Source: Acidimicrobiales bacterium
GTDB taxonomy: Bacteria; Actinomycetota; Acidimicrobiia; Acidimicrobiales; Salinilacustritrichaceae
Assembly (NCBI GenBank): GCA_034522155.1
Contig: JAXHLP010000002.1
Span: forward strand, 108,280 to 172,279
Direction of reading: 5' to 3'
Length of the DNA: 64,000 bases
Each line of letters opens with the position of its first letter. The stretch's first letter is position 1. The notes beneath the pieces are model-generated. The model was not told where the DNA came from. It made no database searches and saw only the letters and a list, made by a program, of their open reading frames with translations. Both the position numbers and the translations under genes were made by a program. Of the stretch, positions 1-10,538 are shown piece after piece.

Positions 1-2370
1 CCGCCGTACTACGTGCTGAGCATGTACCCGTACCCGTCCGGTGCGGCGCACATGGGGCACGTGCGCAACTACACCTTCGGCGACCTGATCGTGCGCTACC
101 GCACGATGCGGGGCAACGCGGTGCTGTCGCCCATGGGCTTCGACAGCTTCGGCCTCCCGGCGGAGAACGCCGCCATCAAGTCGGGCATCCACCCCCGCAT
201 CCACACCGACGAGCGGATCGAGGAGCTGACGTCGTCGATCGTGCGGTTGGGGGCGGTCTACGACTGGCGCCGCAAGCTGACCAGCCACCAGCCCGACTAC
301 ATCCGGTTCACGCAGTGGATCTTCCTGCGGTTCCTGGAGCACGGCCTGGCCTACAAGCAGAAGGCGGCCGTCAACTGGTGCCCGGGCTGCCAGACCGTGC
401 TCGCCAACGAGCAGGTGCTGGCCGACGGGACCTGCGAGCGCTCCGGCGACGTGGTCGAGGCCCGCGACCTCGAGCAGTGGTTCTTCAAGATCACCGACTA
501 CGCCCAGCAGCTGCTCGACGACCTCGAGCTGGTCGACTGGCCCGAGCGGGTGGTCACCATGCAGCGCAACTGGATCGGTCGGTCCGAGGGCGCAGAGTTC
601 TCGATGCCGGTGGTGGATGCCGATGGCAACTCCCATCCCTCCGAGGCCGAGGTCCACGTGTACACCACCCGGCCCGACACCTCCTTCGGCATGACCTACG
701 CCGTGCTCGCGCCCGAGCACGAGCTGGCGCGTGTCGCCGCCACCGACGAGCAGCGGGCCGAGGTCGATGCGTTCATCGAGCAGGCGCGCAACACCTCCGA
801 GATGGACCGGCTGAGCTCCGAGGGTGCGCTCGCCAAGCGTGGCGTCTTCACCGGCGCCTACGTCCACAACCCGTTCACCAACCAGCCGGTGCCCCTCTAC
901 CTGGCCGACTACGTGCTCCTGTCGTACGGGACGGGGGCGATCATGGCCGTGCCGGGGGAGGACCAGCGCGACTGGGACTTCGCCGAGGTGCACGGCCTGC
1001 CCATCATCCGCACCGTCCAACCGCCCGACGACTGGGAGGGGAAGGCGTACACGGGCGATGGTCCGGTCATCAACTCCCCGGCACCGGGCGCCACGTTCGA
1101 GTCGCTGGATCTGAACGGCATGGAGATCGACGACGCCAAGGCGCGGGCCATCGAGTGGCTCGAGACGTGGGGACTGGGCCAGTCGAGGGTCAACTACCGC
1201 CTGCGCGACTGGTTGCTGTCGCGACAGCGGTTCTGGGGTTGTCCGATCCCCATCGTCTACTGCCCTGATCACGGCGCCGTGCCCGTTCCCGACGACGAGC
1301 TCCCCGTCATCGCTCCCGACGACGTCGAGTTCAAGCCCACCGGTGAGTCGCCGCTGAACCACCACCATGGCTTCCTCAACACCACCTGCCCCGAATGCGG
1401 CGGACCCGCCGTACGCGAGACCGACACCATGGACACCTTCGTCGACTCGTCCTGGTACTTCCTGCGCTTCACCGATCCGACCAACGAGGACCGGCCCTTC
1501 GACGCGGCCGCGGTCGCCCACTGGCTTCCGGTCGACCAGTACATCGGTGGCGTCGAGCACGCCATCCTCCACCTGATGTACGCGCGCTTCTTCACCAAGG
1601 CGTTGGCCGATCTGGGCGTGGCGCCGAACGAGCTGCGCGAGCCGTTCCGGCGGCTGTTCACCCAGGGCATGATCCGGCTCGGCGGCGAGAAGATGTCCAA
1701 GTCGAAGGGCAACCTCGTCGCCCCCGAGGAGATCCTCGACAACGAGGGTGCCGACGCCCTGCGCCTCGGCCAGCTCTTCGTCGGTCCGCCCGCGGACGAC
1801 GTCGACTGGGAGGGCGTGGGCATCCAGGGCGCCTACCGCTTCATCGGCCGCCTGTGGCGCCTGGCCCATCCCGCATCGGACGTGGTCCCGGAGGCCGTCG
1901 GCGACGACGCCCTCGTCATCGAGCGGGAGACGCATCGCCTCATCGCCCGTGTGAGCGACGAGATGGAGCGCTGGAGCTACAACACCTCGGTGGCGGCGTT
2001 CATGGAGTTCACGAACCTGCTCTACAAGCAGGGCCGGACCGACTTCGCCGTCGACGCGCTGTTGAAGCTGTTGGCGCCGATGGCGCCCCACGTCACGGCC
2101 GAGCTGTGGGAGCTCCGACACGGTGCCGGCGCGCACATCCACGAGCAAGCCTGGCCCGAGCACGATCCGTCGATGCTCACGGTCGACTCGGTGACGATGG
2201 TCGTGCAGGTCAAGGGCAAGGTGCGTGATCGAATCGAGGTCGATCCCGGGATCGGCGAGGACGACGCGGTCGAGATCGCGCTCGCGAGCGAGCGGGTACA
2301 GGAGTACCTCGACGGCGAGCCGCGCAAGGTGATCGCCAAGCCGCCCAACCTCGTCAACATCGTCCCCTGA
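1..2370 (+). CDS. leuS: leucine--tRNA ligase (5' partial)
   Basis: The frame of ORF 13..2370 stays open back to base 1 ([14 protein letters not shown]). The class I motifs HMGH and KMSKS are present. The N-terminus lies upstream of the window. Confidence 0.95.
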   Translation, partial: PPYYVLSMYPYPSGAAHMGHVRNYTFGDLIVRYRTMRGNAVLSPMGFDSFGLPAENAAIKSGIHPRIHTDERIEELTSSIVRLGAVYDWRRKLTSHQPDYIRFTQWIFLRFLEHGLAYKQKAAVNWCPGCQTVLANEQVLADGTCERSGDVVEARDLEQWFFKITDYAQQLLDDLELVDWPERVVTMQRNWIGRSEGAEFSMPVVDADGNSHPSEAEVHVYTTRPDTSFGMTYAVLAPEHELARVAATDEQRAEVDAFIEQARNTSEMDRLSSEGALAKRGVFTGAYVHNPFTNQPVPLYLADYVLLSYGTGAIMAVPGEDQRDWDFAEVHGLPIIRTVQPPDDWEGKAYTGDGPVINSPAPGATFESLDLNGMEIDDAKARAIEWLETWGLGQSRVNYRLRDWLLSRQRFWGCPIPIVYCPDHGAVPVPDDELPVIAPDDVEFKPTGESPLNHHHGFLNTTCPECGGPAVRETDTMDTFVDSSWYFLRFTDPTNEDRPFDAAAVAHWLPVDQYIGGVEHAILHLMYARFFTKALADLGVAPNELREPFRRLFTQGMIRLGGEKMSKSKGNLVAPEEILDNEGADALRLGQLFVGPPADDVDWEGVGIQGAYRFIGRLWRLAHPASDVVPEAVGDDALVIERETHRLIARVSDEMERWSYNTSVAAFMEFTNLLYKQGRTDFAVDALLKLLAPMAPHVTAELWELRHGAGAHIHEQAWPEHDPSMLTVDSVTMVVQVKGKVRDRIEVDPGIGEDDAVEIALASERVQEYLDGEPRKVIAKPPNLVNIVP

Positions 2371-2382
2371 CCGGTGTGCGGG

Positions 2383-2859
2383 TCAGGGGAGCAGGTGCTT
2401 CTCGAGGCCGGCGAGGCCGGACTGGATGCCCTTCGGGAGCGCGGCTCGCAACACGGGCCCCATGATCTTCGGCGCCGCGGGTTCGACCGCCTGGGTGTAG
2501 CGCACGATCGTCGCTCCCGCTCCCTCGGGCAGGAGCTGGACATCCTCGACCATCGACCGCATCCCGGGCATCGACGACGATGTCAGCACGAACGCGAAAC
2601 GGGCGTCGGGCTCCCAAGCGAGGAACTCCTCCTCGGCTTTCACGCCACCCTTCAGGAACACCCGGCGGCCGCTCCCCACGCCTTCGCCGCTGCCGATGCG
2701 CTCGATCCTGGTGATGGCACCGAACCAGTCAGCCCAGCCCTCGTGGTCGGCGATCGCCCGCCAGACGTTCTCGACCGGGACTCCGATGCGGCGCTCTTCG
2801 GTGACCTTGACGGGGGCCTGCTCGATCCAGTCGAGGTTTCGGTGCGTCATCGGTTTCAT
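2383..2859 (-). CDS. SRPBCC-fold (polyketide cyclase/START-like) protein
   Basis: This is the last 158 codons of ORF 2383..5343, starting at ATG 2857-2859 (MKPMTHRNLDWIEQAPV..WRAIADHEGWADWF). The rest of that ORF is antisense to the ligase gene. Confidence 0.7.
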   Translation of the reverse strand: MKPMTHRNLDWIEQAPVKVTEERRIGVPVENVWRAIADHEGWADWFGAITRIERIGSGEGVGSGRRVFLKGGVKAEEEFLAWEPDARFAFVLTSSSMPGMRSMVEDVQLLPEGAGATIVRYTQAVEPAAPKIMGPVLRAALPKGIQSGLAGLEKHLLP

Positions 2860-2916
2860 GCCAGAAGCCTCGCAGAAAGCTCGTAACCGGAACGATGTGC
2901 GACCGGTCCCACCGGC

Positions 2917-4563
2917 GTGCAGACACTTCCCCAACGCATCGCAGGCGGTGCCACCCGAGGCCACGAGGTCACCTTCGTCTCCGGCGACGTCCACGTCAGC
3001 GCGACCTGGCAGGAGGTCCACGACGACGCCCGCTCGGTCGCGGCCGGCCTCCAGGCCCGTGGCCTCGGTCCCGGCGATCACGTGGCCATCCTCGGACCCA
3101 CCTCGCGGGAGCTGGTGACCGCGATCCAGGCGGTGTGGCTCGTCGGCGGCACCGTGGTGGTGCTCCCGCTGCCCATGCGGATGGGAAGCATCGACGAGTT
3201 CGTGGTCCAGACGCGGCGACGGATCCACCACGGCGACATCTCCCTGGTGCTCGCCGATCCGGAGCTGGCTGCCTTCGTCACCCCCGAACCCGGCGACCCT
3301 CCGCTGGTCGCCTTCCACGACGTCGCGACCGAGGGCTCGTTCGTCGCTCCCGACCCTGATCCGGATGCCCCGGCCATCCTGCAGTTCACGAGCGGGTCGA
3401 CGTCGGACCCGAAGGGCGTCGTTCTTGCGCATCGTGCCGTCGGCGCCAACCTCGAGGCCATCGCCTCGGCCGCAGAGCTCGACATCGACCGCGACGTGCT
3501 CGTGAGCTGGTTGCCGCTGTACCACGACATGGGGCTGGTCGGGCTGCTGACGCTGTCCATGACCACCGGGACCCGTCTCGTGCTGGGTGCGCCCCAGGAC
3601 TTCATGGCCGCTCCCGCCCGGTGGATGGAGTGGATTTCCCGCTACGGCGGCACCGCGACCGCCGGACCGAACTTCTCCTTCGTGCTCGCGACCCGGGCGC
3701 TGCGCCGGGCTGCCAGGGAAGGCCAGGCGCTCGACTTGTCCAGTCTGCGGGTGGTGCTCAACGGCGCCGAACCGATCGATCCCGACACGGTGGCCGACTT
3801 CGTCGACGCGACCGGCCACTTCGGCATGGACCCGGGCGCCGTGTTCCCCGCCTTCGGTATGGCCGAGGTCGCCATCGCCGGGACGTTCCCCCCGCCGGGA
3901 CGTGGCCTGGTCGTCGACACCGTCGACCGGCGGGTGCTCGAGACCGAGCGCTACGCCGCCCCGGTCGACTCCGGTGCCGACGGGTCGCGGAGCTTCGCCC
4001 GTCTCGGCACCGCGGTCCCCGGCCTCGAGATCCGCATCGTCGACCCCGCGTCCGGGCGCCGACGACTCGAGCGAGAGGTGGGTGAGCTCGAGATCCGCGG
4101 CACCTCGGTGTGCACGGGCTACCACGGGCATCCCGAGCTGAACGCGAACCTGTTCCACGACGGTTGGCTGCGCACCGGCGACCTCGGGTACCTCGTCGAG
4201 GGCGAGCTCGTTCTGTGTGGCCGCATCAAGGACGTGATCATCGTCGGCGGGCGCAACGTGTTCCCCGAGGACGTGGAACGCGCCTGCGATCACGTCGACG
4301 GCGTCCGCGCCGGCAACGTGATCGCCTTCGGCGTCGAGTCGACCAAGGGCCGGGAGGCCGTGGTCGTGGTGGCTGAGTCCAAGGCCACCGACCTCGACCC
4401 CGTTCGTCGCTCGGTGCTCGCACGCGTCCGCGAGACCGTGGGGGTACCGGCCCGCGAGGTGGTGCTCGTGGCGCCGGGGACGTTGCCCAAGACGAGCAGC
4501 GGCAAGCTCCAGCGCACGCGGTGCCGAGATCAGTACCTCGAACGGGCGCTGCAACCGGTCTGA
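2917..4563 (+). CDS. AMP-dependent synthetase / fatty-acyl-AMP ligase-like
   Basis: 548 aa. Adenylation motifs are FTSGSTSDPKGV, WLRTGDLGY and C-terminal PKTSSGKLQR. Confidence 0.8.
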   Translation: MQTLPQRIAGGATRGHEVTFVSGDVHVSATWQEVHDDARSVAAGLQARGLGPGDHVAILGPTSRELVTAIQAVWLVGGTVVVLPLPMRMGSIDEFVVQTRRRIHHGDISLVLADPELAAFVTPEPGDPPLVAFHDVATEGSFVAPDPDPDAPAILQFTSGSTSDPKGVVLAHRAVGANLEAIASAAELDIDRDVLVSWLPLYHDMGLVGLLTLSMTTGTRLVLGAPQDFMAAPARWMEWISRYGGTATAGPNFSFVLATRALRRAAREGQALDLSSLRVVLNGAEPIDPDTVADFVDATGHFGMDPGAVFPAFGMAEVAIAGTFPPPGRGLVVDTVDRRVLETERYAAPVDSGADGSRSFARLGTAVPGLEIRIVDPASGRRRLEREVGELEIRGTSVCTGYHGHPELNANLFHDGWLRTGDLGYLVEGELVLCGRIKDVIIVGGRNVFPEDVERACDHVDGVRAGNVIAFGVESTKGREAVVVVAESKATDLDPVRRSVLARVRETVGVPAREVVLVAPGTLPKTSSGKLQRTRCRDQYLERALQPV

Positions 4564-4590
4564 CCGCGAGTCGACTGGGCCTGGTTCCTC

Positions 4591-5163
4591 GTGGCTCGTA
4601 TCCTGTCGCTGATGGCTCCGCGACGGATCGCGTTCTGGATGCTGGCCACCGCTGGCGTCACGGTCGGTCACGTCCTCGGGTACGCCATCGCTCATCGTGA
4701 CAGCGCAGCCCGCGAGGTTGCGCTCGGCGGGCATGGGTACCTTCCCGGTGTCGCGGCCTTGGTGGTCCCGGTCGGGTTGGTCGCGGCCCTGTGGTGGGCG
4801 GTGTGCACGGCCAGGGCCCTCGGCCTCGCCGGTCGTATCGATCCGCGGCGGCTCGCAGCAGCGCAGGTCGGCCTGTTCGCCGTCCAGGAGGTCGGCGAGC
4901 GCGTCGTCGTCGGCGAGGGTCTGGATGCGGTGCTCAGCGAACCCGGCGTCTGGATGGGGTTCGTCGCCCAGGTCGCGGTCGCGCATGTCGTGGTCGCGGC
5001 GCTCGAGTGGGTCCGGCGCGCCGTCCGCGAGATGATCCTGGGGCGCCGCCCGAGGGTCCGCCTCGGTCTGCGCCCCCGTCTCCTCTTGGCTCCCGACCGT
5101 GCGCCGGCGACCGTGCCCGCCACGGTCTCGGTGGGTCTGCGTGCTCCGCCGGTCGGTCGGTAG
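4591..5163 (+). CDS. hypothetical membrane protein (about 4 TM)
   Basis: GTG start. GC3 is high throughout and there are hydrophobic helices. No family was recognised. Confidence 0.5.
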   Translation: MARILSLMAPRRIAFWMLATAGVTVGHVLGYAIAHRDSAAREVALGGHGYLPGVAALVVPVGLVAALWWAVCTARALGLAGRIDPRRLAAAQVGLFAVQEVGERVVVGEGLDAVLSEPGVWMGFVAQVAVAHVVVAALEWVRRAVREMILGRRPRVRLGLRPRLLLAPDRAPATVPATVSVGLRAPPVGR

Positions 5164-5203
5164 TCCCAGCCCGACCGATCCGTACCGAACGAGGAGAACC
5201 CGA

Positions 5204-5995
5204 ATGCGACATCGCCATGTCTGGCGCGCGCTCGTCGGCGTGTTCGCCGCCACGACGCTCGTGGCCGCGTGCGGCGACGACACCGAGACCGCGACCGACA
5301 CCACGACCACGACCGCTGACACCACGGCTGACAGCACCGCCAACGACGGTGGCCACGATCACGGTGGCCGGAGCTTCGAGGCCGTCGATCCCGTCCCGAC
5401 CGTGGAGGTCGAAGCCACCGAGGACGCGAAGGCCGGCTGGAACATCCACGTGATGACGACCGACTTCACGTTCACGCCCGAGAAGGTCAACGATGCCGAG
5501 ACGACGTCGGGGGAGGGCCATGCCCACCTCTATGTCGATGGCACGAAGATCAACCGCCTCTACGGCAGCTGGTACCACCTCGGCGGCGAGCTCGAACCGG
5601 GTGAGCACGAAGTACGTGTCGAGCTGAACGCCAACGACCATCGTCCCTATGTGGCAGATGGGACCCCGATCGCAGCGACGACGACGATCACGGTCGAAGG
5701 CGACTCGACCACGGAGACTCCCGTCGACGAGGAGGCGGGGCAGGTGATCGAGATCACCGTGTCCGGCGGCGAGGTCACCGGCGGCGGCCGTCACGAGGTG
5801 GCCCTGGGCGAGAGGGTCACGCTCCGGGTGACGAGCGACATCGACGATCACGTCCACCTCCACGGCTACGACGTGTTCCAGGACGTCGCGGCCGGGGAGG
5901 CCGCCGAGCTGACGTTCGAGGCCGACATCCCCGGGGTGTTCGAGGTCGAACTCGAGGACTCGGTGATCCAGCTCGTGGAGCTCGAGGTCTCGTGA
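5204..5995 (+). CDS. His-rich lipoprotein, putative metal-binding
   Basis: ATG at 5204 is preceded by GAGGAG. The signal peptide has a lipobox (LVAAC). It contains GEGHAHLYVDG (DUF4399-like) and DDHVHLHGYD (cupredoxin-like) segments. Its stop overlaps the next start (ATGA). Confidence 0.6.
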   Translation: MRHRHVWRALVGVFAATTLVAACGDDTETATDTTTTTADTTADSTANDGGHDHGGRSFEAVDPVPTVEVEATEDAKAGWNIHVMTTDFTFTPEKVNDAETTSGEGHAHLYVDGTKINRLYGSWYHLGGELEPGEHEVRVELNANDHRPYVADGTPIAATTTITVEGDSTTETPVDEEAGQVIEITVSGGEVTGGGRHEVALGERVTLRVTSDIDDHVHLHGYDVFQDVAAGEAAELTFEADIPGVFEVELEDSVIQLVELEVS

Positions 5996-7311
5996 TCCTG
6001 GCCCATGGCGTGGGGGGTCGGGCCGACCTCCCGCTCCCCGTCTGGCTGTTCGCGTACTCGGCGGCGTTCGCGCTGCTGATCTCGTTCGTCGCGCTGCGGA
6101 TCCTGTGGCCGCGGCCCCGTCTGGCGGCGGCCGCCGATGGTCGACCGGCTCCCGCGCTCCTCGATCACGTCGCCACCTCACTCCGACCGGTCGCCCAGAT
6201 CGGCGCGCTCGTGCTCTTCGTCGCGACGCTGGTGTCGGCCTGGTTCGGTGTCGATGCCGTCGCCGACAACCTCGCACCGACGGCGCTCTACGTCGCGTTC
6301 TGGGTGGGTGTCCCGATCCTCAGTGCCCTGCTCGGCGACTTCTGGCGCCGGGTCAATCCCCTGTGGACGGTGGCCGCTGTCCTCGACCGGCTCGGTCGCC
6401 GAGATCCCGAGGCGTCGACGGCGACGGGCATCTGGGCCACGCACTGGCCAGCCGCGGCCGGGTTGGCCGTCTTCCTCTGGCTCGAGCTCGCCTACCACGA
6501 ACCCGGATCCCCGGCCGTGGTCGGCATCTTCCTGGGAGCCTACGCCGGTGTCATGCTCGTCGGCGCTGCCGCCTTCGGCGCGGGATGGCTGCGCACCGGT
6601 GACGGCTTCGCCGTGTTCTTCTCGCTGCTGGCGGCGCTGGCTCCGCTTCACCGGGACGATGAGTCGGGCCGGCTCCGCCTCCGCTGGCCGGGCGTCGGCC
6701 TCGCTCGGGTCGAACCCGGGCGCGGGACCATGGCCGTGGTACTGGTGCTCTTGGGGGGTACCGCGTTCGACGGCTTCTCCCGGACCGCGGTCTGGGACGA
6801 CGCGCTCGGGACCCGTCGAGGGTGGGACGCGACCATCGTCAACACCGCCGGATTGGTTCTGGCGATCGGCGTCGTCGCGGTGCTGTTCCTGGTGGCCTGC
6901 CGACTCGTGGCGATCCTGGCCAATGACGATCGGGGGACGCTGGAGCAGTCGTGGCGGTGGGTGCCGTCGCTGATCCCGATCGTGCTCGCCTACTCGGTCG
7001 CCCACTACTTCTCGCTGCTGGTCTTCGAGGGCCAGTCGTTCGTGGCCCTGCTCTCGGACCCGTTCGGGGAGGGCTGGGACCTGTTCGGCACCGCCGGCAA
7101 CACCATCGACTACACCGCCGTCTCGCCCGAGTTCATCGCCTACGTGCAGGTCGCCGCCATCGTGGCCGGCCACGTGGGCGGGGTCATCGCCGCCCACGAC
7201 CGGGCCGTGGAGCTGTACCCGCCCCGGGTCGCGGTCCGCAGCCAGTACCCGATGCTCGGCGTCATGATCGCCTACACCGTCGGCGGCCTGCTCCTTCTCC
7301 TCAACGCGTAG
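5992..7311 (+). CDS. polytopic membrane protein (about 10 TM), unknown function
   Basis: 439 aa, translationally coupled to the lipoprotein gene. The N-terminus reads AHGVGGRADLPLP. Codon bias is good. Confidence 0.6.
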   Translation: MILAHGVGGRADLPLPVWLFAYSAAFALLISFVALRILWPRPRLAAAADGRPAPALLDHVATSLRPVAQIGALVLFVATLVSAWFGVDAVADNLAPTALYVAFWVGVPILSALLGDFWRRVNPLWTVAAVLDRLGRRDPEASTATGIWATHWPAAAGLAVFLWLELAYHEPGSPAVVGIFLGAYAGVMLVGAAAFGAGWLRTGDGFAVFFSLLAALAPLHRDDESGRLRLRWPGVGLARVEPGRGTMAVVLVLLGGTAFDGFSRTAVWDDALGTRRGWDATIVNTAGLVLAIGVVAVLFLVACRLVAILANDDRGTLEQSWRWVPSLIPIVLAYSVAHYFSLLVFEGQSFVALLSDPFGEGWDLFGTAGNTIDYTAVSPEFIAYVQVAAIVAGHVGGVIAAHDRAVELYPPRVAVRSQYPMLGVMIAYTVGGLLLLLNA

Positions 7312-7426
7312 CCATCGCGCGTCCCCGGCTTCTTCGGTATGTCGGTGGTTTGTCGGCGGGGCCTGCAACGCTGCCGATCGCCCCGTTCTGGCGGACACCT
7401 GCCCGATACCTGGCGGGACGGAGCAG

Positions 7427-8437
7427 TCAGGCGCCCTTCAGGTCGGCGAAGACCTTCTGCCACCGGTCGTGGTCGGTCGCGTCGGGCGCGTAGAAGCTGA
7501 TCCGGGACACGACGTCGCCGTACCGGCGCGCCAGCTCGGGCCCGATCTCCTCGGGTTCGCCGACCACGGCGAAGGTGTGGAGGACCTCGTCGTCGACGAG
7601 CGTCCCCATCTCCTGCCACTTGCCCTCCTTGGACATGCGGTTCAGCTCGGTCTGCAGCTCGCCCCAGCCGTGCAGGTCGAGCACCGGCTTGTACGCCGGC
7701 GTGGACCCGTAGAAGGCGATCTGTTGGCGGGTACCGGCCTTGGCCCGCTCCAGCTCCTCCTCGGTGGTGCCGGTGACGACGAAGCTCGGGCCGCAGATCT
7801 CGAAGCCGTCCATGGTCTTGCCTGCCTTCTTCCGGCCCGTTTCCAGCGCGGGGACGGTGACCTCACGCAGGTAACGCTCGGTGGTGAATCCGTGGCAGAA
7901 GAAGCCGTCACAGACCTCGCCGGCGACCTCGGTCATCAACGGGCCGACCCCGGCGAGGAACACGCGCGGGATGCCATGCTCGTTGGGTCCGGGGTCGAAG
8001 AACGGGGTCATGAGGGTGTGGGTGTAGAAGTCGCCCCGGAAATCGAGCTTGGTGCCGTTCATCCAGCAGTCCCAGATCGCCCGCATGGCCAGGACCATCT
8101 CCCGCATCCGCGCGGCGGGCTTGGACCACTCCATCGAGAAGCGCTTGGTGATGTGGGGCTTGATCTGGCTCCCGAGCCCGAGGATGAACCGTCCCTCCGA
8201 GAAGCGCGCCAGGTCGTAGGCGGTGTTGGCCAGCGTCATCGGTGAACGCGCGAACGCGACGGCGATCGACGTGCCGATCTCGAGGCGCTCGGTGTGCTCG
8301 GCGGCGAGCGCCAGCGGCAGGAAGGGATCGTGGGAGGTCTCCGGGACCCACACGCCGTCGTAGCCGAACGACTCGGCCTCGCGAGCCTGCTCCGCGGTCC
8401 TGGCCAGGTCGAGGCCGATGCCTCCGTCGACTTTCAC
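7427..8437 (-). CDS. luciferase-like (LLM class) oxidoreductase, probably F420-dependent
   Basis: 336 aa with LLM-fold sequence along the whole length. The F420-dependent subclass is assigned from remembered family similarity only. Confidence 0.8.
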   Translation of the reverse strand: MKVDGGIGLDLARTAEQAREAESFGYDGVWVPETSHDPFLPLALAAEHTERLEIGTSIAVAFARSPMTLANTAYDLARFSEGRFILGLGSQIKPHITKRFSMEWSKPAARMREMVLAMRAIWDCWMNGTKLDFRGDFYTHTLMTPFFDPGPNEHGIPRVFLAGVGPLMTEVAGEVCDGFFCHGFTTERYLREVTVPALETGRKKAGKTMDGFEICGPSFVVTGTTEEELERAKAGTRQQIAFYGSTPAYKPVLDLHGWGELQTELNRMSKEGKWQEMGTLVDDEVLHTFAVVGEPEEIGPELARRYGDVVSRISFYAPDATDHDRWQKVFADLKGA

Positions 8438-8440
8438 GGG

Positions 8441-9301
8441 TCATTCTCCTTGTTCGCGGAGGAAGCGTTGCAGCTCCTCGGCCAGGTCGTCGCCGGAGGG
8501 GAGGGGTCCGATGTCGTTCTCGGCGGCCTCGTCGGCTTGTGCCTCGAGCTGGCGCAGCATCGCGACGTGCTCGGGGTTGTCCTCGATCAGGGTGTCGATG
8601 TGTTGCCTGGTGTCGGCGATCTCGTCGGCGAGTGGTTCGATCCCGAAGTCGGTGCCGGCCAGCGGGTTCAACGCCTCGATCAGACGGGCCGATGCTGCCG
8701 GGTAGCGCATCGTCGCCGTGTAGTGCGGGACCTGGGCCCAGATCCCGGCCGCCGGGAGCCCCGCCTCGGCGAAGCGGCGCTCGAGGACGGCTTCGACGCC
8801 CGCGGGGACGTCGATGGTCCCGCGCACGAAGCCGAGCGATGCCGACAGCTCCTCGGTGGACGCGGTGGCCGACAGCAGCACCGGGCGGGTGTGCGGCGTC
8901 CCGGCCGGGAACGCCCCGAATCCGAGCTGGATCCGAGCGCCCAGCTCCACCGTGAGCTCGAACACGGCGTCGGTGAACGCGTGCCACGCGTGGTCGGGCT
9001 CGACGCCGGTCAGCAGCAGGAGGTCGGTGCCGTTGGGGGCTCGGAGCGCGTGGAGCTCGATGCTCGCCCACGTGAGCCCGGTGTTGATCCCGTCGACCAG
9101 GTGCATGGTCGGCCGGCGGGCGCGGAAGTCGAGGAGCGTGTCGGCGTCGAAGGTCGCGATGTGGGTGCCCTCGGACTGCTCGACGATCGCCTCCACCGCC
9201 CGGCCGGCGGCATAGCCCGCGTCGATCCAACCCTCGAGCGCGACGAGAAGCGCAGGGCTGTCGAGGTCCGGACGTTCGTGCAGCTCGTAGAGGTCGGGCA
9301 T
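8441..9301 (-). CDS. PAC2 (proteasome assembly chaperone 2-like) family protein
   Basis: 286 aa. It begins LLVALEGWIDAG and has an acidic C-terminus, as is typical of actinobacterial PAC2 proteins. Confidence 0.75.
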   Translation of the reverse strand: MPDLYELHERPDLDSPALLVALEGWIDAGYAAGRAVEAIVEQSEGTHIATFDADTLLDFRARRPTMHLVDGINTGLTWASIELHALRAPNGTDLLLLTGVEPDHAWHAFTDAVFELTVELGARIQLGFGAFPAGTPHTRPVLLSATASTEELSASLGFVRGTIDVPAGVEAVLERRFAEAGLPAAGIWAQVPHYTATMRYPAASARLIEALNPLAGTDFGIEPLADEIADTRQHIDTLIEDNPEHVAMLRQLEAQADEAAENDIGPLPSGDDLAEELQRFLREQGE

Positions 9302-10330
9302 TCAGCGGCCTCCGTCCAACGTGGCGGCAGCCTGGTGGGCCAGCGCCTCGACCTGTCGGGCGAAGTGGTCGAAGTCGTCGGTGTCGCGCTCGCCCATCGA
9401 CCCGCCGATGTAGCGGGCGTACACGCCCTCGACGATGCAGGCGAGCTTCCAGTACCCGAACGCGATGTAGAAGTCGATGCGACTGAGGTCGCGCCCTGAT
9501 GCAGCCTCGTAGCGGTCGAGCATCTCCTTGCGGGTGGGCATCCCCTCGGCCAGCGTCGGCGATGTCATGGTCTGGACGTCGTCGCCGGCTTCGTTCCAGT
9601 ACACCATCAGCAGCCCGACGTCGGCGAGGGGATCGCCGAGTGTGCACAGCTCCCAGTCGAGGACCGCCACCACGTGGCCGTCGTCGTCGACCATGCAGTT
9701 GTCGAGGCGGTAGTCGCCATGGACGATCGCCGCCGGTCCCTGGTCGGGGATGTCGGCCGCGAGCGCAGCGTGCACGTCGTCGACGGCGGCGAGGTCGCGT
9801 GTCTTGGACTTGTTCCACTGGCCGTACCACCGCTTGAGTTGGCGTTCGATGTAGCCATCGGTGCGACCGAGGTCGCCGAGACCCACGGCAGTGGGATCGA
9901 CCGCGTGGATGGCGGCCATGACGTCGCCGAGGGACTCGCCGGCGGTGGTACGGGCCGACGGGGTGAGCTTCTCGGCCGCGGCCTTGTCGCGGAGCACGTG
10001 GCCGTCGACGTGGTCCATGACGTAGAAGGGCGCGCCGTTGACCTCGTCGCCGGGCTCGTAACCCAGCGGGTGGGGCACCGGGATGTCGGTGTGGTCCAGC
10101 GCGGCGATGATCTTGTGCTCGCGGCCCATGTCGTGGGCGCTGGCCAGCACCTGTCCGAGGGGCGGGCGCCGGAGCACGGTGACCCGTCCGGCGGCATCGA
10201 TGACCGAGAACGTCAGGTTCGAGTGTCCACCGGCGATGAGCGAGAACTCGAGTGGCGGCTGGGTGCCAGGGACGTGCTCGAGGTACCAGGCCTCGACGGC
10301 GTCCCGGTCGATCCCCTGGACATCGGTCAC
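9302..10330 (-). CDS. phosphotransferase (APH/choline kinase-like) family protein
   Basis: It carries the Brenner motif [11 protein letters not shown] and DWE. GTG at 10330 has a GAGGAGGAG Shine-Dalgarno 8 nt upstream and is preferred over ATG 10366. Confidence 0.8.
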   Translation of the reverse strand: MTDVQGIDRDAVEAWYLEHVPGTQPPLEFSLIAGGHSNLTFSVIDAAGRVTVLRRPPLGQVLASAHDMGREHKIIAALDHTDIPVPHPLGYEPGDEVNGAPFYVMDHVDGHVLRDKAAAEKLTPSARTTAGESLGDVMAAIHAVDPTAVGLGDLGRTDGYIERQLKRWYGQWNKSKTRDLAAVDDVHAALAADIPDQGPAAIVHGDYRLDNCMVDDDGHVVAVLDWELCTLGDPLADVGLLMVYWNEAGDDVQTMTSPTLAEGMPTRKEMLDRYEAASGRDLSRIDFYIAFGYWKLACIVEGVYARYIGGSMGERDTDDFDHFARQVEALAHQAAATLDGGR

Positions 10331-10538
10331 GTGCGGTGCTCCTCCTCGGCGGCGGACGCCGGTCATGGTCGCCCGGTCGAACCAACCTATCGGGCAGTCG
10401 GGGACTGGGTGCCAGGCCGGTAGCGTGGCCGGTCATGGCAGACATCGACGTCACCGCGTCCTCCTGGGGGCTGCGCCCCCAGACCCCATCACTGTCCGGC
10501 TCGCTGGCACTCGCGCGGCCAGATCGGTCACAGGCCTC

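Noticed and set aside
2860-5343. Upstream 828 codons of the 986-aa ORF 2383..5343 (minus strand).
   Set aside because: This part is antisense to the acyl-AMP ligase, the membrane gene and the lipoprotein gene. The product is Arg/Gly/Asp-rich filler with no family features. Only the last 158 codons (SRPBCC protein) look real, so this is a typical high-GC shadow ORF.
10464-10482. Hairpin CTGGGGGC-TGC-GCCCCCAG in the spacer upstream of the thioredoxin-domain gene.
   Set aside because: It is a perfect 8-bp stem but has a 3-nt loop and no flanking conserved context. It could be incidental in GC-rich DNA, so it is not reported as a feature.
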